Source of the DNA: Amphiscolops sp. MND2022
Taxonomy: Eukaryota
NCBI GenBank assembly: GCA_964187785.1
Contig: OZ076409.1
Span: forward strand, 682,001-746,000
DNA length: 64,000 nt
Direction: 5' to 3'
The stretch's first letter is position 1. Every line of letters begins with the position of its first letter. Positions 12,660 through 26,400 of the stretch are shown here, one piece after another. Both the position numbers and the translations under genes were made by a program. The notes under the pieces are model-generated. The model was not told the origin of the DNA, searched no databases, and worked only from the letters and a program-made list of their open reading frames with translations.

Positions 12660-13344
12660 CATCTTGGTCGATGCATCTTTCTTTGGCGAATCCAGTCACG
12701 CAAAAACATCATACCGCAATTGAGAAGATTTTGACACTTTTGACCCCAAGCTTTGATTTACAACACACATTTTTCGTAAACTATTCAAACAAAAAGTTCA
12801 ATGTTTCAAACATTTTTTGATACCTGGAACCTTCATGAAATCGCAAGCCAACTGCACTGGAACAGATTTCAGTGGAATGCATTAGCTATGTAATTCAAAT
12901 TGCGCCATAGTATGATTTGGTTTCAGGATCTATCTTCTATCAGTCGTTTCTGCTTCAGTTTGCTTTACCCAGCTTTTACCTAACATGTTCTCATTTGTAT
13001 TTTGTTGCCCCTTGTGTTTCAATCACTATAGCTGTCTTTGATCGAGAATACATGTATTTACCATTGATGCATGTGTACAATTATTTAACTGAAAAGATAA
13101 TGAAAACTCTCCAACAAAGTCGATAATTCATTTTTGGACCAAAAGCATGAAATATTCCTACTTTCACAATCGTGATTACTTATCTGAAAATATTTGTGAA
13201 ACAGAGCATCAACTTACTACCATATTTAGAGATAACAGCGTATTGGACAGAACTTTCTTTCATTTCATTCGAGCAGCGATTGAATTGTTATGTAATGATG
13301 GCTTCTTTATTTTTGAGGTGTCTCAAATATGTGATAGTTTCATA

Positions 13345-13810
13345 CAGGCATGTCAAAATTACTCGGACCAAAATCCAAATCCCTAATTTACTCGAGTCGG
13401 TACAGGCTCGAATGTGGGCGGATTACTCGGTAAATTACTCGAAAAAAAAACGAAATTAATCACAAAATTTAAAATTTTTTCGGCGTCGACATAGAAATAT
13501 TAACTGCAAGGGGCAAGTTTTCGTTGATCTTCGGTTAAAAACTTGTTGAAATAAGAACTTACTCTCTCAACTGAGGCGGAAGATGGAACTATGCATCCGT
13601 ATGTCATCGCAACAAGAGAATACATCTTCGGGGGGATTTGAGCGACAACTCCTTCCCAAAACTCGCGAATTTCCTTAATTATTGCTTGGACGTTCATGCT
13701 ATTTCTCAGAAATACAGGCTTCTTACGCGATTTCACTCGCTAAACTGTGATTGGTCGGTTTAATCGGAAAACGACTCGGAAATACTCGCCGAATAGTAAT
13801 GACATGCCTG
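13345..13810 (-). mobile_element. hAT deletion derivative
   Basis: TIR CAGGCATGTCA; TSD GTTTCATA on both sides; remnant IVPSSASVERVSS (hAT dimerisation motif). Confidence 0.9.
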
Positions 13811-14049
13811 GTTTCATAAAATAAAAATGAAAACACACGCGGTATTAACGGTCAATAATGATTTCCAGGGCGGAGAGCCCAGGATTTTCAATATTTAAAT
13901 TTCCAGGGCGGAGAGCTTTTCCAAAGTACATAAATCATCAAAATTTTATTTGGTGGATTAGGTCTTCGCTTATTTGTCTAGCTTGGCCAGTTTTCTCTCT
14001 GAATTGCTCTTCAATTTTACTCGACTATAAAAACTTGAAGCTAGAACTA

Positions 14050-14699
14050 CAGTAGTGATATTATTGAAAGCAACAAAGCACGAAAGAGTGCAAATAAACA
14101 AATCTCATTGGCTAAATAACGTCTCACGCGCTCATTTCATTGGTCGAGAGCAATTTTCAAAACATCATTTTTTAGTTTTTTGATTTTTTGACCCACTTAC
14201 AATTTTTTGATTTCAAAACAATTTCATCAGAAAAATTCTCCCAAACATTTTGAATCTGACAATATAATTTTTTGTCGAAAATTTTGTTAATTGTATTAGT
14301 ACGAGCTTGCTTTATATGGTTGTATTTCAAAATCGTATCTTAATACATGTATTTTCGAAAAAGATTGATTTTACAACCTATTTTCTTTGAGATTTTAGAA
14401 TGATTTCTCAAGCAAAACATATCAGGGGCTTCAGTTAAATCAGGGGGTCAATTGAACAAAAATATTTCAAACATTTTGAGCAAAATGATATCAAAAGTGA
14501 GAAAAACCTCAATTTTGGCTAAAATTGGACTATCGTAACTTCTACAATTTTCCTCGCATAATCTTCAAACAAACATATTTGTAAACTAGATAAAAATCCA
14601 TGAAACTTTCACTTTTATCATTTTCCAAAAATCACTGCTGTTTTAGAGATATTCGATTTTGAGATTTGCCTTTTGTTGCTTTTAACAAAATCACTACTG
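14050..14699. mobile_element. TA-flanked MITE (Tc1/mariner superfamily); related copy at about 24260-24938
   Basis: TIR CAGTAGTGAT..TTGAAAGCAACAAA flanked by TA. Confidence 0.75.
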
Positions 14700-15507
14700 T
14701 AGAGCTAAGCTGAAGTACTATAACCTAACTAATTTTAAAGAGAATAGTCCAATCAGTCGTTATAATAATCAACTACAATTAAACAGGCTAGGATTGAGAT
14801 CCACAATTTAGCCATGAGGAATACATCAATATTCTAGCTCCACGAGCTACAAAATAATTCTCACTGCTTCTTCATTCTCAACGTCAGTGCCAGGCTTTAA
14901 CATCGGCTCTCGAGAAGCGCAAGTAATTTTGTACAAGTGTCTTGCCTCCGCAAGACTCAACTTGCTCTAGCTCTCTAACTCCGCTTTTTAGGCAGAGTCC
15001 AATTCGTCGTAAGTTTTCGGAGGTGGCCTGCAAAAAAGACCTGGAGTCGGCGCTGTGACCTTGAAGCTTTTCCGTGTCGTCCAACATTCGTATATACCTG
15101 GTTATCGAGTCCTAGATTCAATGGTTTCCGAGCTACATGATTTTCGTATAGTTGGTTTACTTCGTTATAACGATCCCGTTCAGGTATTAGTAGCCAAGGT
15201 CAAGTTTTTTTGCGCCGGACCTGTTTTGATCCCGCTTTCCTTACAAAAGAAATGTTGAGTGCCTCGGTCGTTGAACTGATGATTGTTACTTCCATGTATG
15301 TTTCTCAAGGCTTTTCTACTTTTTAGTTGTGCATCTTGAACAAGGTTCGTGATTGTAAGGTCGACTGGTGAAGATTTACAAAACATTGTTTTTATATAGG
15401 GCTCGCCCCGTTCCCAGGTGCATCTTAAGGGTCCAAAAATGTAGACAAGTGGCGAAATATCCCACAGACTCGGCCTATCGGTTTCAAATATAATATAACC
15501 TATTATA

Positions 15508-17658
15508 CACTATGGTACCAGAAAGCTACGTACACCTGTTGAATTTTTAAAAACTGAGAGGAAAATTTGAAATTTAAACAGAAAAAAAATATAATCAAAT
15601 TAGGAGACAAACACACTAATAACCAATCATATTTCCATCGTTTTTTATAGTTTTTACGAGGCGACTCTCATAAGATGCGTACATATTTCGGATAATTTCG
15701 GGACTGATATTGTTCCAAATATCAATCACTGTTTCTTCCAAATTTTCCCACGTTAGAGTTTGTCCTTGCAGGGATTTCTTCAGTACGAAATATTTTTTTC
15801 TTCAGTAGCCCAAATATTTTCCATGGGGTTCAAATCAGGACTATACGGAGGCCATTCGAGCACATCCCACTTCTTTTCACTTAGATAGTTGGAAACCTCT
15901 CTGCTTCTGTGAATTGGGGCATTATCGTGCTGGAAAACAATGTCCGGTAGGTGCAAATTTCTGTCATACTTTTCAAGAATTTCGACATAGCCGCTGCTAT
16001 TGAGTGTTGCCGGGCATCTAATTAGCATCTTCCTGCCATCCGATCGAATAGCTCCCCAGAACATAAGCGAGCGTTTATCAGTGTTCTGCCCTTGAATATT
16101 TTTTGAGTGGAAACGCGATCCTTTTTCTCGGAAAACTCTTACAATACCGTCACTGTTCAGACGCACACGAGTTTCATCAGTGAAAACCACATTTTCCCAG
16201 AATCCTTTTCCATCCAGCCAAGATTATTATGTAAATCTTCATGAGAAAAAGAATAGCAAAAGTAGAGTACTACAAAAATCTGCGATAATAAAAAACAAAA
16301 GAAAAAGTCAGAAAAAGTTGAAACACTTTGTCGATAAATTTGAGGCTTAAGCAGGTCACCGACTTACGCTGTTCCCCGATTGTTTACGGTTCTTAGTCGG
16401 CGCTTATATCAAAAAGTGCCCGACTATTACAATGACATTTATTTTTTTTTAGTCGCCGCTTTTAACTGTTCGAATTCAAGTAGATTTGGCGCAGCCGGTT
16501 GAATTCTCACTTTTGACACCAAAGATTGTGGGTTCCACCCCAGGGCTGTCCCGTGTTTTTAGACGATTTCGCAAACAGAAGAAAAGGGTCACCCTGTGAA
16601 TTTTTTTCGGCCCTGTGAAACAAAAAAAATGAAATATTCGAAAAATCGAAATTTTGAAAAAAATTCCAAAATTCATGCATGGATTTTGTTTCAGTTCAAG
16701 GCCGTAATTGGAAGGTTTCAAAAATAAAAGAATGCATTCTTATTGTGAAATGTTGTGAAAAAAATTGGGAAAATTTCGAAGATTTTTTTCGAAAATTTCG
16801 ATTTTTTTCTAAATTTTTGATTTTTTTGTCTCACAGTGCCGAAAAATTTCGAAGGGAGACCCTTTGGTGTTGAGAAAAAATTGTCTCACAGTGCCGAAAA
16901 GTTTGTAGGAGGGGCCGTTTGGTGTTGCGATAAAAAAATTAGGAAAATTCCGAAACTTTGAGATTTTTTTCGAAAATTTCCGATTTTTTTGCTGAAAATT
17001 TTCGTCTATTTGCGGACTCTGTGTATGACTCTGTGTATGATTTTCCTTCCCAAAATTGAAAATTTTTTACTATGTACTTTTTTCAGTGAGTGCAAGGCTG
17101 GACAAAAAACCGAGCGGCTTCTTGGACATTCGCAAGCACCATTTTTTCCTCGTTGTTCGTTGTTTTTTATTGAGCTGAAATTTTTTAGCCGCCACTCTAG
17201 AAACTAGCCCATACTTCTTCAGAACTCGCCGAATTGTAGATCTTGAGACACTTTTTGAGGTTGCAAAAGAATTATACTTTACCCTGATTCTTTGTAATGT
17301 AGTTTTGGGATCGTTTTTGACGCTTCTTATAATTAATCTTTTGTCTTTTTTGCTAAGTTTTTCCGGTCTTCCTGGTGGTTTTTTTGGAGAATAAGAACTG
17401 GTTTTCAAAAAGCGCTTGTAAGCTGACTGTGCTGTTGATCGTGACTTCAAACCCAATTTCTCTTTGATTTGATTGTAAGATAACCCAATCTCGCGAAGAG
17501 TAACAATTTTGCAAACCAAAAATGAATCAAGCGGTTTAACCATTTTCGAAGCACAACTTCCGGTAACTGATTGAAATTGTTCACAAATGTTTTCATTTTT
17601 TTTGACTTGAAAAAAATTCAAAAAATTCAGCTGTACTTAGCTTTTTTGTACCATAGTG
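15508..17658 (-). mobile_element. Tc1 (DD34E) transposon, interrupted or chimeric
   Basis: TIRs CACTATGGTAC..AAAGCTA.GTACA with TA on both sides; DNA-binding half 17070-17543 (GRPEKLS), catalytic half 15780-16205 (FTDE, QHDNAP, 34 residues, PDLNPME). Confidence 0.9.
16390..17060 (+). mobile_element. HINE family 1-related insertion inside Tc1, carrying a tRNA-like segment
   Basis: TTAGTCGGCGC...CCCGACTAT start; A/B-box-like TGGCGCAGCCGG and GGTTCCACCCC; right end unclear. Confidence 0.55.
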
Positions 17659-17844
17659 TATCAAAAGCAGTATCAAAAGCGAGTTTTCGCCTTTTTGTGT
17701 GATAACATGTTTGTGGATGCATTCCCATTGTAGAGAGCACTCACGGTTATGCAAGATATTGTAGTGGATGCTCAAAAGTAAATGGTTGCTTGTTTTGACT
17801 CAGATGGATAAAAAGATACTCAGCGGCAAGAACAAAAGATCAAC

Positions 17845-18034
17845 AAAACAGCTGTCTCGCGCCTAAAGAGAACGACTTCTGATGCTCTGCATTATGCAAA
17901 CGAAAAACTAGTGAAAACTCTGTTTTATAACGCAAATCATCTGATTTGCGTTATAAAACAGCTTTCACTAGTTTTTCGTTTGCATAATGCAGAGCATCAG
18001 AAGTCGTTCTCTTTAGGCGCGAGACAGCTGTTTT
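17845..18034. repeat. Near-perfect 190-bp palindrome
   Basis: Arms of about 94 bp, 2-nt loop, one small internal mismatch/indel. Confidence 0.95.
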
Positions 18035-18559
18035 CCGGCTTCCATCCGCAACGCAGACCTTTTCTTCTCCGAATTAGGATTTGGTGAGCGTCGAACCGTA
18101 GCTCTGCAGTCAGAGTGTATTATGTCAGGTCAGCTATGCGTCCCTCGTGAAGAAAACTCCATCGCATATAGTAAGTTTTCTGGTAACAAGTTTCATATGT
18201 TCGATCTTACTCAAGTTCCATCGCAAGTTTTCTGAACTAGCAACATTAGTTCTTTGTTTTCATACTGTATTTTCCTATTTTCTTTCTTCAGTCAATAATC
18301 TTTTCAGGCCACCGTTTCATACCAAGCCTAGAGAAATAACTCACCCAGTCAGTGTTTTGCGGGAAGTGTTGCATGTTTTTTTGTCTGATTATGCGTTACC
18401 GATCGCATCGGCTCTATCGTTGAATCTAGTACTCGATGCCCGAAAATCGACTGAGTATTAAAAAACGAGACTTTTTAAAGACAATCAAGTTGCACTTTTT
18501 GAAATTGCCGTACTTTCTGTTTATGCAAAACCAGGCGGCAGATTCGACGGTTCATACTA

Positions 18560-19234
18560 CAGTGGTGTGAAGAAAGAATGCGACTTAGCTGCTCAAAAAG
18601 GCTAATTTCGCAGTCTCATATCTCCAAAACTTTTCAAAATGATTCGATTTTGTGAAGACAAAAGTTTATTGAATTTTTGCTATGAATACAATGGTGTTTG
18701 TTTGAAACTTCAACCATAGTTGTTTCTGAAGTTAGAAACATGTGAGTTGAAGGCAAAATATTCAAAAATGCTAATTTTCGAGAAACTATCAGTGATCCAA
18801 TAAATATTTTTTAATAACTTTTGCCTTGCAGATACACTCAAATCTCTCGAAAACGAAAATGAAATTTGATTTTGGATATATTTGGAAAATGTATATTGGT
18901 GGGTGTTTTACCAAGTGTAAGTCTGAATTTCCTATCTTAATACATGTATTTTCAATTTTACTGAACGAAAAAGTGCTCCCATTTTTGTTTTCTTGGTGAT
19001 TTCCACAAACAAAAACTATCATGGGATTGAGAAAAATCAGAGACATTTTTTGGTATTATTTTCATGTAAAAATTATCCCCGAAAGACGGTAAAATATTGA
19101 AAATACTGATTTTTGTGAGCGATGGAGGCTTGTTAAACCAATAAGATTTGAGCAGCGAGGCTTTGTGAACCAATCAGATTAGAGAATTATTTGCATTCTG
19201 AGAAACTAAGTCGCATTCTTTCTTCACACCACTG
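18560..19234. mobile_element. TA-flanked MITE with perfect 29-bp TIRs
   Basis: CAGTGGTGTGAAGAAAGAATGCGACTTAG at both ends, TA flanks. Confidence 0.9.
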
Positions 19235-20391
19235 TACGCATTATCGTCATTGGCATACGATTTATGGAGGTTACTCTTGTTTGCCATCAATTTGATAACG
19301 GTCGAATCACATTTTTTCATATCGTGGCAGCCGAGTTGCGACTTCGTGAGAACATTATATTCTCATTGACACAGGCCGCTTTGCGCTTTCCACGAAGATG
19401 GCAAAGTTTTTTATATTGATTGATAGCAAGATTACGAGTCAATGTTGAAAATAATATTTAGTCGGCGCTTTACAAATTTTTCCATCAGCTGTCACTATAA
19501 TTGATCATGTCATGTTATCCTAAGTCTTCCTAGTTTTTTTCGGGTTATAGGGTCTTAGAGTGAATGGTTTGCGTGTTGGCGTATGGTTTGTTTACTTGAA
19601 GCAGTTCCACCCTGAAAATACTCCTCGCGCATTGGACCGATTTATGTAACATTTATATATGTTACTTAGGGTTGGTAGATGAGTATCTTGAGGAAGTTTC
19701 ATAATCGTGGGGGTCGACTGGTGGCAATTTGCACAATATTGAGGGTTTGTTCACACTGAGTCAGTGATTCCCCTAAGCGTAACCTATAGGTCCGGAAATA
19801 ACCGGGAACAGCTTAATTTTCTAAGGGTTTTCGATTCCATAAGTACCGGTAATGCAACTAATTTTGAAGCGTTATCAATGTGCACTTTCGGTGCTGATAG
19901 CTTAGGACGGGTAATGCATGATGCTGCGCTTCTAACTTCATATACAGGAGGTCCTAGTCCTAATGTACACGTGTATCAAAGTTCATGTCCCTACGAGTAA
20001 CCGTGTTCGACAAAACCCATTTGGGGGGTTCCGTTTTGTCATACCTGGTCTTCAAGTTTAGCATCTACTATCTTCGCTCTGCAGTGAAACTTGGTAAAAT
20101 TCGCTCTGAGAGATCCACTCAGCAATGACCGATTCGATCAAATACGTCGCTAACGTAAGCGCACAACGTCTAGAAACGTAATCAAAATCGGCGACGTCCT
20201 TAGTCTCTGCTTCGCGCAAAAATAAAGGATTTTTCAAAATAAAAATTGCACAAATCTAAAACTCCTACAATTGTTGAGCTTGGCTAACAAAGAGAGATGA
20301 TAGCAAAAATAAACTGAGAAATGGAAACAAATGTGGAAACAAAAATGTAATAATTCTAAAATGAGGTGAGTGAAGTGGCTGACGAGTCTAA

Positions 20392-20457
20392 TCAACCGAT
20401 CGGCTCCAATCTCGATGGCCAGTTCTTGGGGCGATAGTGAGGGCTAAGGATGCGATC
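20392..20457 (-). CDS. CCDC33: CCDC33 terminal coding exon
   Basis: tttgtttcag acceptor; DRILSPHYRPKNWPSRLEPIG then stop TGA. Confidence 0.75.
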   Translation of the reverse strand, partial: DRILSPHYRPKNWPSRLEPIG

Positions 20458-23400
20458 CTGAAACAAACAAACCAACTCCTGAACCTGAAAGAATGGCACA
20501 GCATCACACAAGACACTCAACTACTCGACATTGGCGGTGCTGTATCACCACTAAAAGAGTGCGTGTTAGCAGTAATAAACATTTACGTGGATTGTAAGTC
20601 GACACAGAGTAACGTAGTTGTTAAAAGCCGCCGGGTTACTTCAACTGACACCGGCAACAACGATTGTTCCGTTTCGAAGGTATTGACAGCGTTCAAAACG
20701 TACACTACAGAGAAGCCACCGCGCCACTATAAGAGACATCCTCTTACAATGAGATATGATATTGGTATAACCCGCCTTTTGATAGCAGATTCAATACGAT
20801 TCAACCGAATGAGTAAAATTCTACTGGAACTCGGCCGATTAACCCAGTGCTCAGGCTGTAGGAGGGCACCCAAACATAAAAGGAGAGTCTGAAAATGTTC
20901 ATTTCGGAACTCAACAGCTGCCCGCCAATTCCAAAGTGAAATTCAATTTGAAAACTTTTCACGAAGATTCTACTCTCGTTCTTAAACACTTTCTGTTCGA
21001 ATGTTCTCTACTCGAAATCTACATCAGTCGTCAGGACGCAGTTTCACGACACTTTAATCTTTTTAATTTGTCAAATATCGGTTGAATTTGATTCAATTGC
21101 CATAACATAATGGGAAGTAGATGCATACTCACTTTGTGCAGGTGATGGGGCGGGGGCGGGGGTGGCGGTCCCCCCAGAATCATGACGGGGGAGCGCGCGA
21201 AGCCCCTCTCCAGCTCCGTGATGCGTCTCAGCAGCTCCTCCTTCTCGCGGCCCCACAGCCGAGAATTGTCCTCCAACTGCAACACAACAACCACCCATGT
21301 TACAACAACACGCCCGCTAAGCACCGGGACATTTTCCGCTAAAATGTAACGCATCAGCACGGGTTCGAACCCACGACCTCGTGTCTGTCAGGCAGACGCA
21401 CTACCGAGTAACTACATAAGTCAACTGACTAAAATAGTTAAGTGGATATTTACTAAATGGGGTAAAATAGAAGTGGAGTTTTGGCAGAATTTGGAAAAAA
21501 CAACACAGATTATGATTTTCCTCCCACATTATACGTGGGCGGAAAATAACAGCAGTACACAGCATACTGTTCACAGCTACGTGGCTCCAAGCAACTATAA
21601 CTTTAAGGACATCAAACATGTTTCAGTACTTTTTCAATAGCATATCGATATATGACACTACAATCAAGTCTTGAATGTTTTCTTTCACTATTCTGTTCAA
21701 CTTTCGCTCTATACAATTTCACCGGTTAGTCAGACTACTGATAGCGTTAGCAAGCTGCAAATTCGTCATTTTTCGAGTGGAATCTTTGGAATGAAGGATT
21801 CTCGGAAATGCACCAAGCATGAGGTGGGTTTTTAAAGCGACCTCAACAGCAAAACACAATGCACACGTGAATTGGAAACTTTCAAGACAAACAAAACCGA
21901 GACTTACGATAGAAACAATCTGGAAAAAACCCAAAAGACCCAGAACCAAAAAAGGCGAGAGTGAATGGTTCGAACAAAATGATGCAACATAAACAAACTA
22001 TGCTGTTATGGAAAATGTGTTTTTCAGTAGCGAAACACGGAAACTGCGACATTTCACAATCTAGAGGTGGGGGCCACGCCGCCGACTTGTTTGACGTACA
22101 CGCCGATGTATATCAGCGCACGCCGGTGTGAACAAATACTAACGTGAACACATACTAATTAATCAGGCACCAAATTTGATTGAGAAACACACACTCGTTC
22201 CTGTACAGCACAGATAGTTAACTCGATGTTCATTAACGATCCGGAACGGATTTAACTTATTGAACGGATTTTGTTGCTTCATTATTTTTTTTATTTGTAT
22301 GTGAACTTCGTGCTCATTCAATTTTTCATTCAACTTGCCTATTTTTTAGATCCATGACCGATATAACTCTGTACCGCATGGTACTTCCAACTTCGAAAAA
22401 GAGCAAGGTTTTTGACTATTTTGGCGCTTTTAACAAAGGAACAGAGGCAGTCAATCACGATCAATATTATTGAAAGCTTTGCTTTGATGCTGATGAGAAC
22501 AAAGAAGACCCTAAGATTCCCAATTCTGTTTTCAAATACAAAACAACGGGATTACCTGTTGAAACTGTTGAACCCCATTTTAATTTTCATTGCGTTCTAA
22601 ACTTTAAAGCTTTATTTGAAGCTCTCCAAGTTTTTAGATTGTCAGCCCGCGACCGATGGCAAACGCATGATACTAGATGTAAATGAAACTAGATGCAAAA
22701 TGAAACTAGATGAATTATTATAATTATTATTATTCTTATTAGTAACCTTGTTCATTATATTCCGAGGTCATTTGATCGATGTACATGCCACAGATCCAGA
22801 CTCGAACAAACGAAAACAAGATAATGCTGGAGCAATTAGGAAGTTTTCAGTTCTGATAGGAAAAAACCTAAAATAACAGACTACCTCGGATCAAAAAAGG
22901 ATGATCAACTAAAAAATTCTCTTTGTTTGTGGTTCTCCGCCGATCTTCCCATGCAAACTGTTGAAAAAGCTGGTTTTAATGCAACAAAATCATATAGAAT
23001 TTTTGCAATTCCAGCAACAGCTGCACCATGCGAGCGGGTCTGGTCCGCTTCAGGATTATTGATAGACGAAAAGCGATCAAGTTTGTCCGTTGCAATGTTC
23101 AAGTACCAATTATTCTTGCACTGTAATTGCTTTTATTTCAAAAAACACTTTGATGTGTTATGATTGTAAAACAATTTTTGTTATCGACTTATTGTTTCCA
23201 CGCCGGCGACGCCACCGATCGATTTTTGACGTCACGTCGCCGCCGAAAGAAATAGTAACGGCGCCCACTTCTATCACAATCTAAGGTATGAATTCCACAA
23301 GTTTCCAATTCGTAGAATATTCACATCGTTGAAAAAATTAAAACAATTCAAAGGGTCGAAAGAATTCCATATCAGCGATTATTTTCATATTGGCTGTATG

Positions 23401-26400
23401 ACTCGGCCTTCCTCTTTTCGCGGCTTTCAAGGTCGGCCTTCGTCGTCAAAACCAGCCACTGATCAAGTAATGGCACGTCGCTTCGCTCCTGCATTTAGGG
23501 CACTAGGGTATGTGAGCATAGTTTATTACATTATCGTAATTAGTTCGCCGCTTCTGCTGTATTCATTTCACTGGAAGTTGATTGGTTCATCGAATGAAAT
23601 TTTGGTTACGTTACAATGACGCGCAGTTTTTACTGCGTGTAAATTTTCCACCATATTTGAATATTCTACGAAGTGAAGTTCCCGCCCCACATACAGTACA
23701 GTAGCGTTCCAAAATATCGTAACTCAATTACTAAAAATGACAAAATTCAAAGCCAAATATCTCGCGAACTGTCACAAATAGAAGAAATTGTCAGCTAAAA
23801 AGTTTTTAAGAATTTTATCTAGTTTACAAAAATGTTTGATTGAAATTTCTACGACCCATATCGAGAAAATTGGAAATTGCAATTTTTAGGAAACTTTAAT
23901 TGAAACTTTTAGTTTTTCTATATTTGAGAGAGTTAAATGTCCCGAACCTGCTGAATTGTCGATAATTTGATTTCGATCAGCAAAAAGCATTATATTTTGT
24001 GTGAGCACGGTAATACATGTATTAGGAAAATAATTTTCTTTAACTTTGAGAAATTCAGCAAAATTTTCCATTTCTAACTTTTGTCGTAGAAAGATGAAAT
24101 AAACATCTTTGAAAACTACAAACATTCTAAGAAACTTTCCCAGCTGCCAGTTTTGGAGATTTTTGGATTGGAAATTTGCTATTTTAAGCAATGTAGTTGC
24201 GATATTTTAGAACTCTACTGTACATAATGTCCAGTGGGGGTAATCAAGTAGTACATGTAAAGTAAAAATACTATTGAAAGCAACATAGCATGCGGAAAGA
24301 GAGCAATTAAACAAATCTCATTTCGCAAAAGCGTAATTTTACAGCATATTTTTCTATCATTTTAGAATGATTCCTACATCAAAACATGTCAAGAGCTTCA
24401 GTACAATCAGGGGGCTCGATTGAACATTCCTCAAAAATTGTTTTTGAACGTTCCTCAAAAATTTTGAAAAGTTAACCAAAAGAGAAAAACTCTATTTTGA
24501 AAATGGGCTATCACAATTTTTTATTTACAATGGGCTCTTACAACTTTCATCGCATCGTTTTTGAACAAACATTTAAGGTGCAAGGTTTTAAAATGTCTGT
24601 CAATAGTTTCAACAATCTGAAAATATTTTTCACTTTCACGAAGCATCAGCAAACATTTATACTATCTAACATTTATAAACATTCAAACATTTATACTTTA
24701 GTAAAATGAATACTTAAGGATGGAAATCGAAAAAAAAACATGTTTTTTTCATGTGTTTAAAACATGTTTTTTCGTGAATGTTTTTTTATGTTTTTTCATT
24801 TTTGCCAACCCTGCTTTAAACTAGATAAAAACGTGAGAAACTTTTACTTCTACCATTTTTCAAAATTCGCTGCTGTTTTTTGAGAGCAGATTTGACTTCG
24901 AGATTTACCCTGTGTTGCCTTTAATAACATCACTACTGCTGTGGTACATGAGGAGTACACCACAGTAGTACATGAGGAGTAGTGAGTGAGTGGGTGGGTG
25001 AGTGAAGGGAGACAGACTAACGGCCTTGTGCAGCCCGAAGTACTTGAGGTCCTTCTCCTCCAACTCGTGCTCCACAGACTTCAGTCTGGCCGCCATTTCT
25101 GCAGACACCTCCCCGCCACTCTCCCCCGCACTCTAAACCACACACACACACGTCACACATCACACACTGCTACAGCTATGCACACTGATGCACGTAATAA
25201 AAGTTGGTACCGGGCCCGAATATCCAGGCCCCATTGACGGTCAATGGTTTGGTTTTGAACTTCATCGAACAGACTCACAAATGAATTTAATTCCGACCCT
25301 TTTCGTTCTACACCCATCGAAACACAGGCCCGGCCCGGTTCCAACTCTGCACGCAACAAAACACAACACAATTCTTCTCTTCCTTTCTACGCAGTGTAAA
25401 TAAATTAACAGCACGGAAAGGTAAAAGAAAAAGAATACGACGGCCAAAACGAGTGGACCAACAAGGGAGAATGAAAGAGGGAGGGAAGGGGGGTTGGCTG
25501 GGGTTCAATGTCGCACCTGACACCCACCCACCCACCCCACTTACAACTTTGGAGAGGGCTCCTTTCTCGGCCCAACACTTGGCCCACTTCATTTCGCCAT
25601 TCAACAACTCTCTATGTAGCAATGCACTCTTATCACTCCCTTCTCCCAACAGCTGCACAAGAAACAATTTCCAGTTTCAACAATTTCAGTTTTCGGAGGA
25701 CGCACACAATCTTCGTCGTTAGGTGATTTATTCAAGAAAATACGTATACGATAAGAGAAACTATTCAACACTATGGATGCAAGTTCTTTTTTTTTAAAGA
25801 TAAGACACAGAAATTTTAAAATGATCAACATTGCAATGTCGTTCTTTGTCATCCACAAAAAAACTGATGTCGACTCTTTGAAACGTTGACTGGGTAAATT
25901 TATACCAATGCGCAACGAGATCGACTCACTAGTTTTGAAATTTTGACCTACTTATACCGAATTCGCGTCATTTAATTTTATACGCGTTTGTCTAACGATG
26001 CTCAAGAAGACAAGATTAATTCCCACTTTTGGCCACCTAGACCACAAAGCGTGCAGTTTTGTCCAGAGCGGAATGGCCGTTTTTACAGCCTTTTAACCCG
26101 AGGTCTATCAATGACATTACCCCCTTTGGATACAGTGAAAGAATTCCAGAATCTTCTCAAAAACCGACGCTGAGCACGTTAACACATTTGTGAGTCTCAA
26201 GTTGGGCGCTGACTGGGGGGGGGGGTAATGAGTCATCAATAGTGTCTGTAGTGCAGTAGTCAGTAGTATTACTCACCCTCTCCCTCTCGGCCTCTCTGTC
26301 CTCCATGGCCTGTCTGTGTTGGCGCTCCCTCTTCAGCTCGGCTCTGAGTCTGTCGTTCTCCGCCTTGAGCGCCTCTTCTATCCTCTGTCTCTGGTCGTCT

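Noticed and set aside
18074..18103. Possible last CCDC33 exon (SYGSTLTKS-stop)
   Set aside because: 20392-20457 is closer, has a better acceptor and a more convincing C-terminus.
19455..20215. Another element starting TTTAGTCGGCGC
   Set aside because: No matching 3' subTIR or hairpin could be located, so boundaries are unsupported.
20437..20892. 151-aa plus-strand ORF
   Set aside because: No recognisable motif; antisense within a CCDC33 intron.
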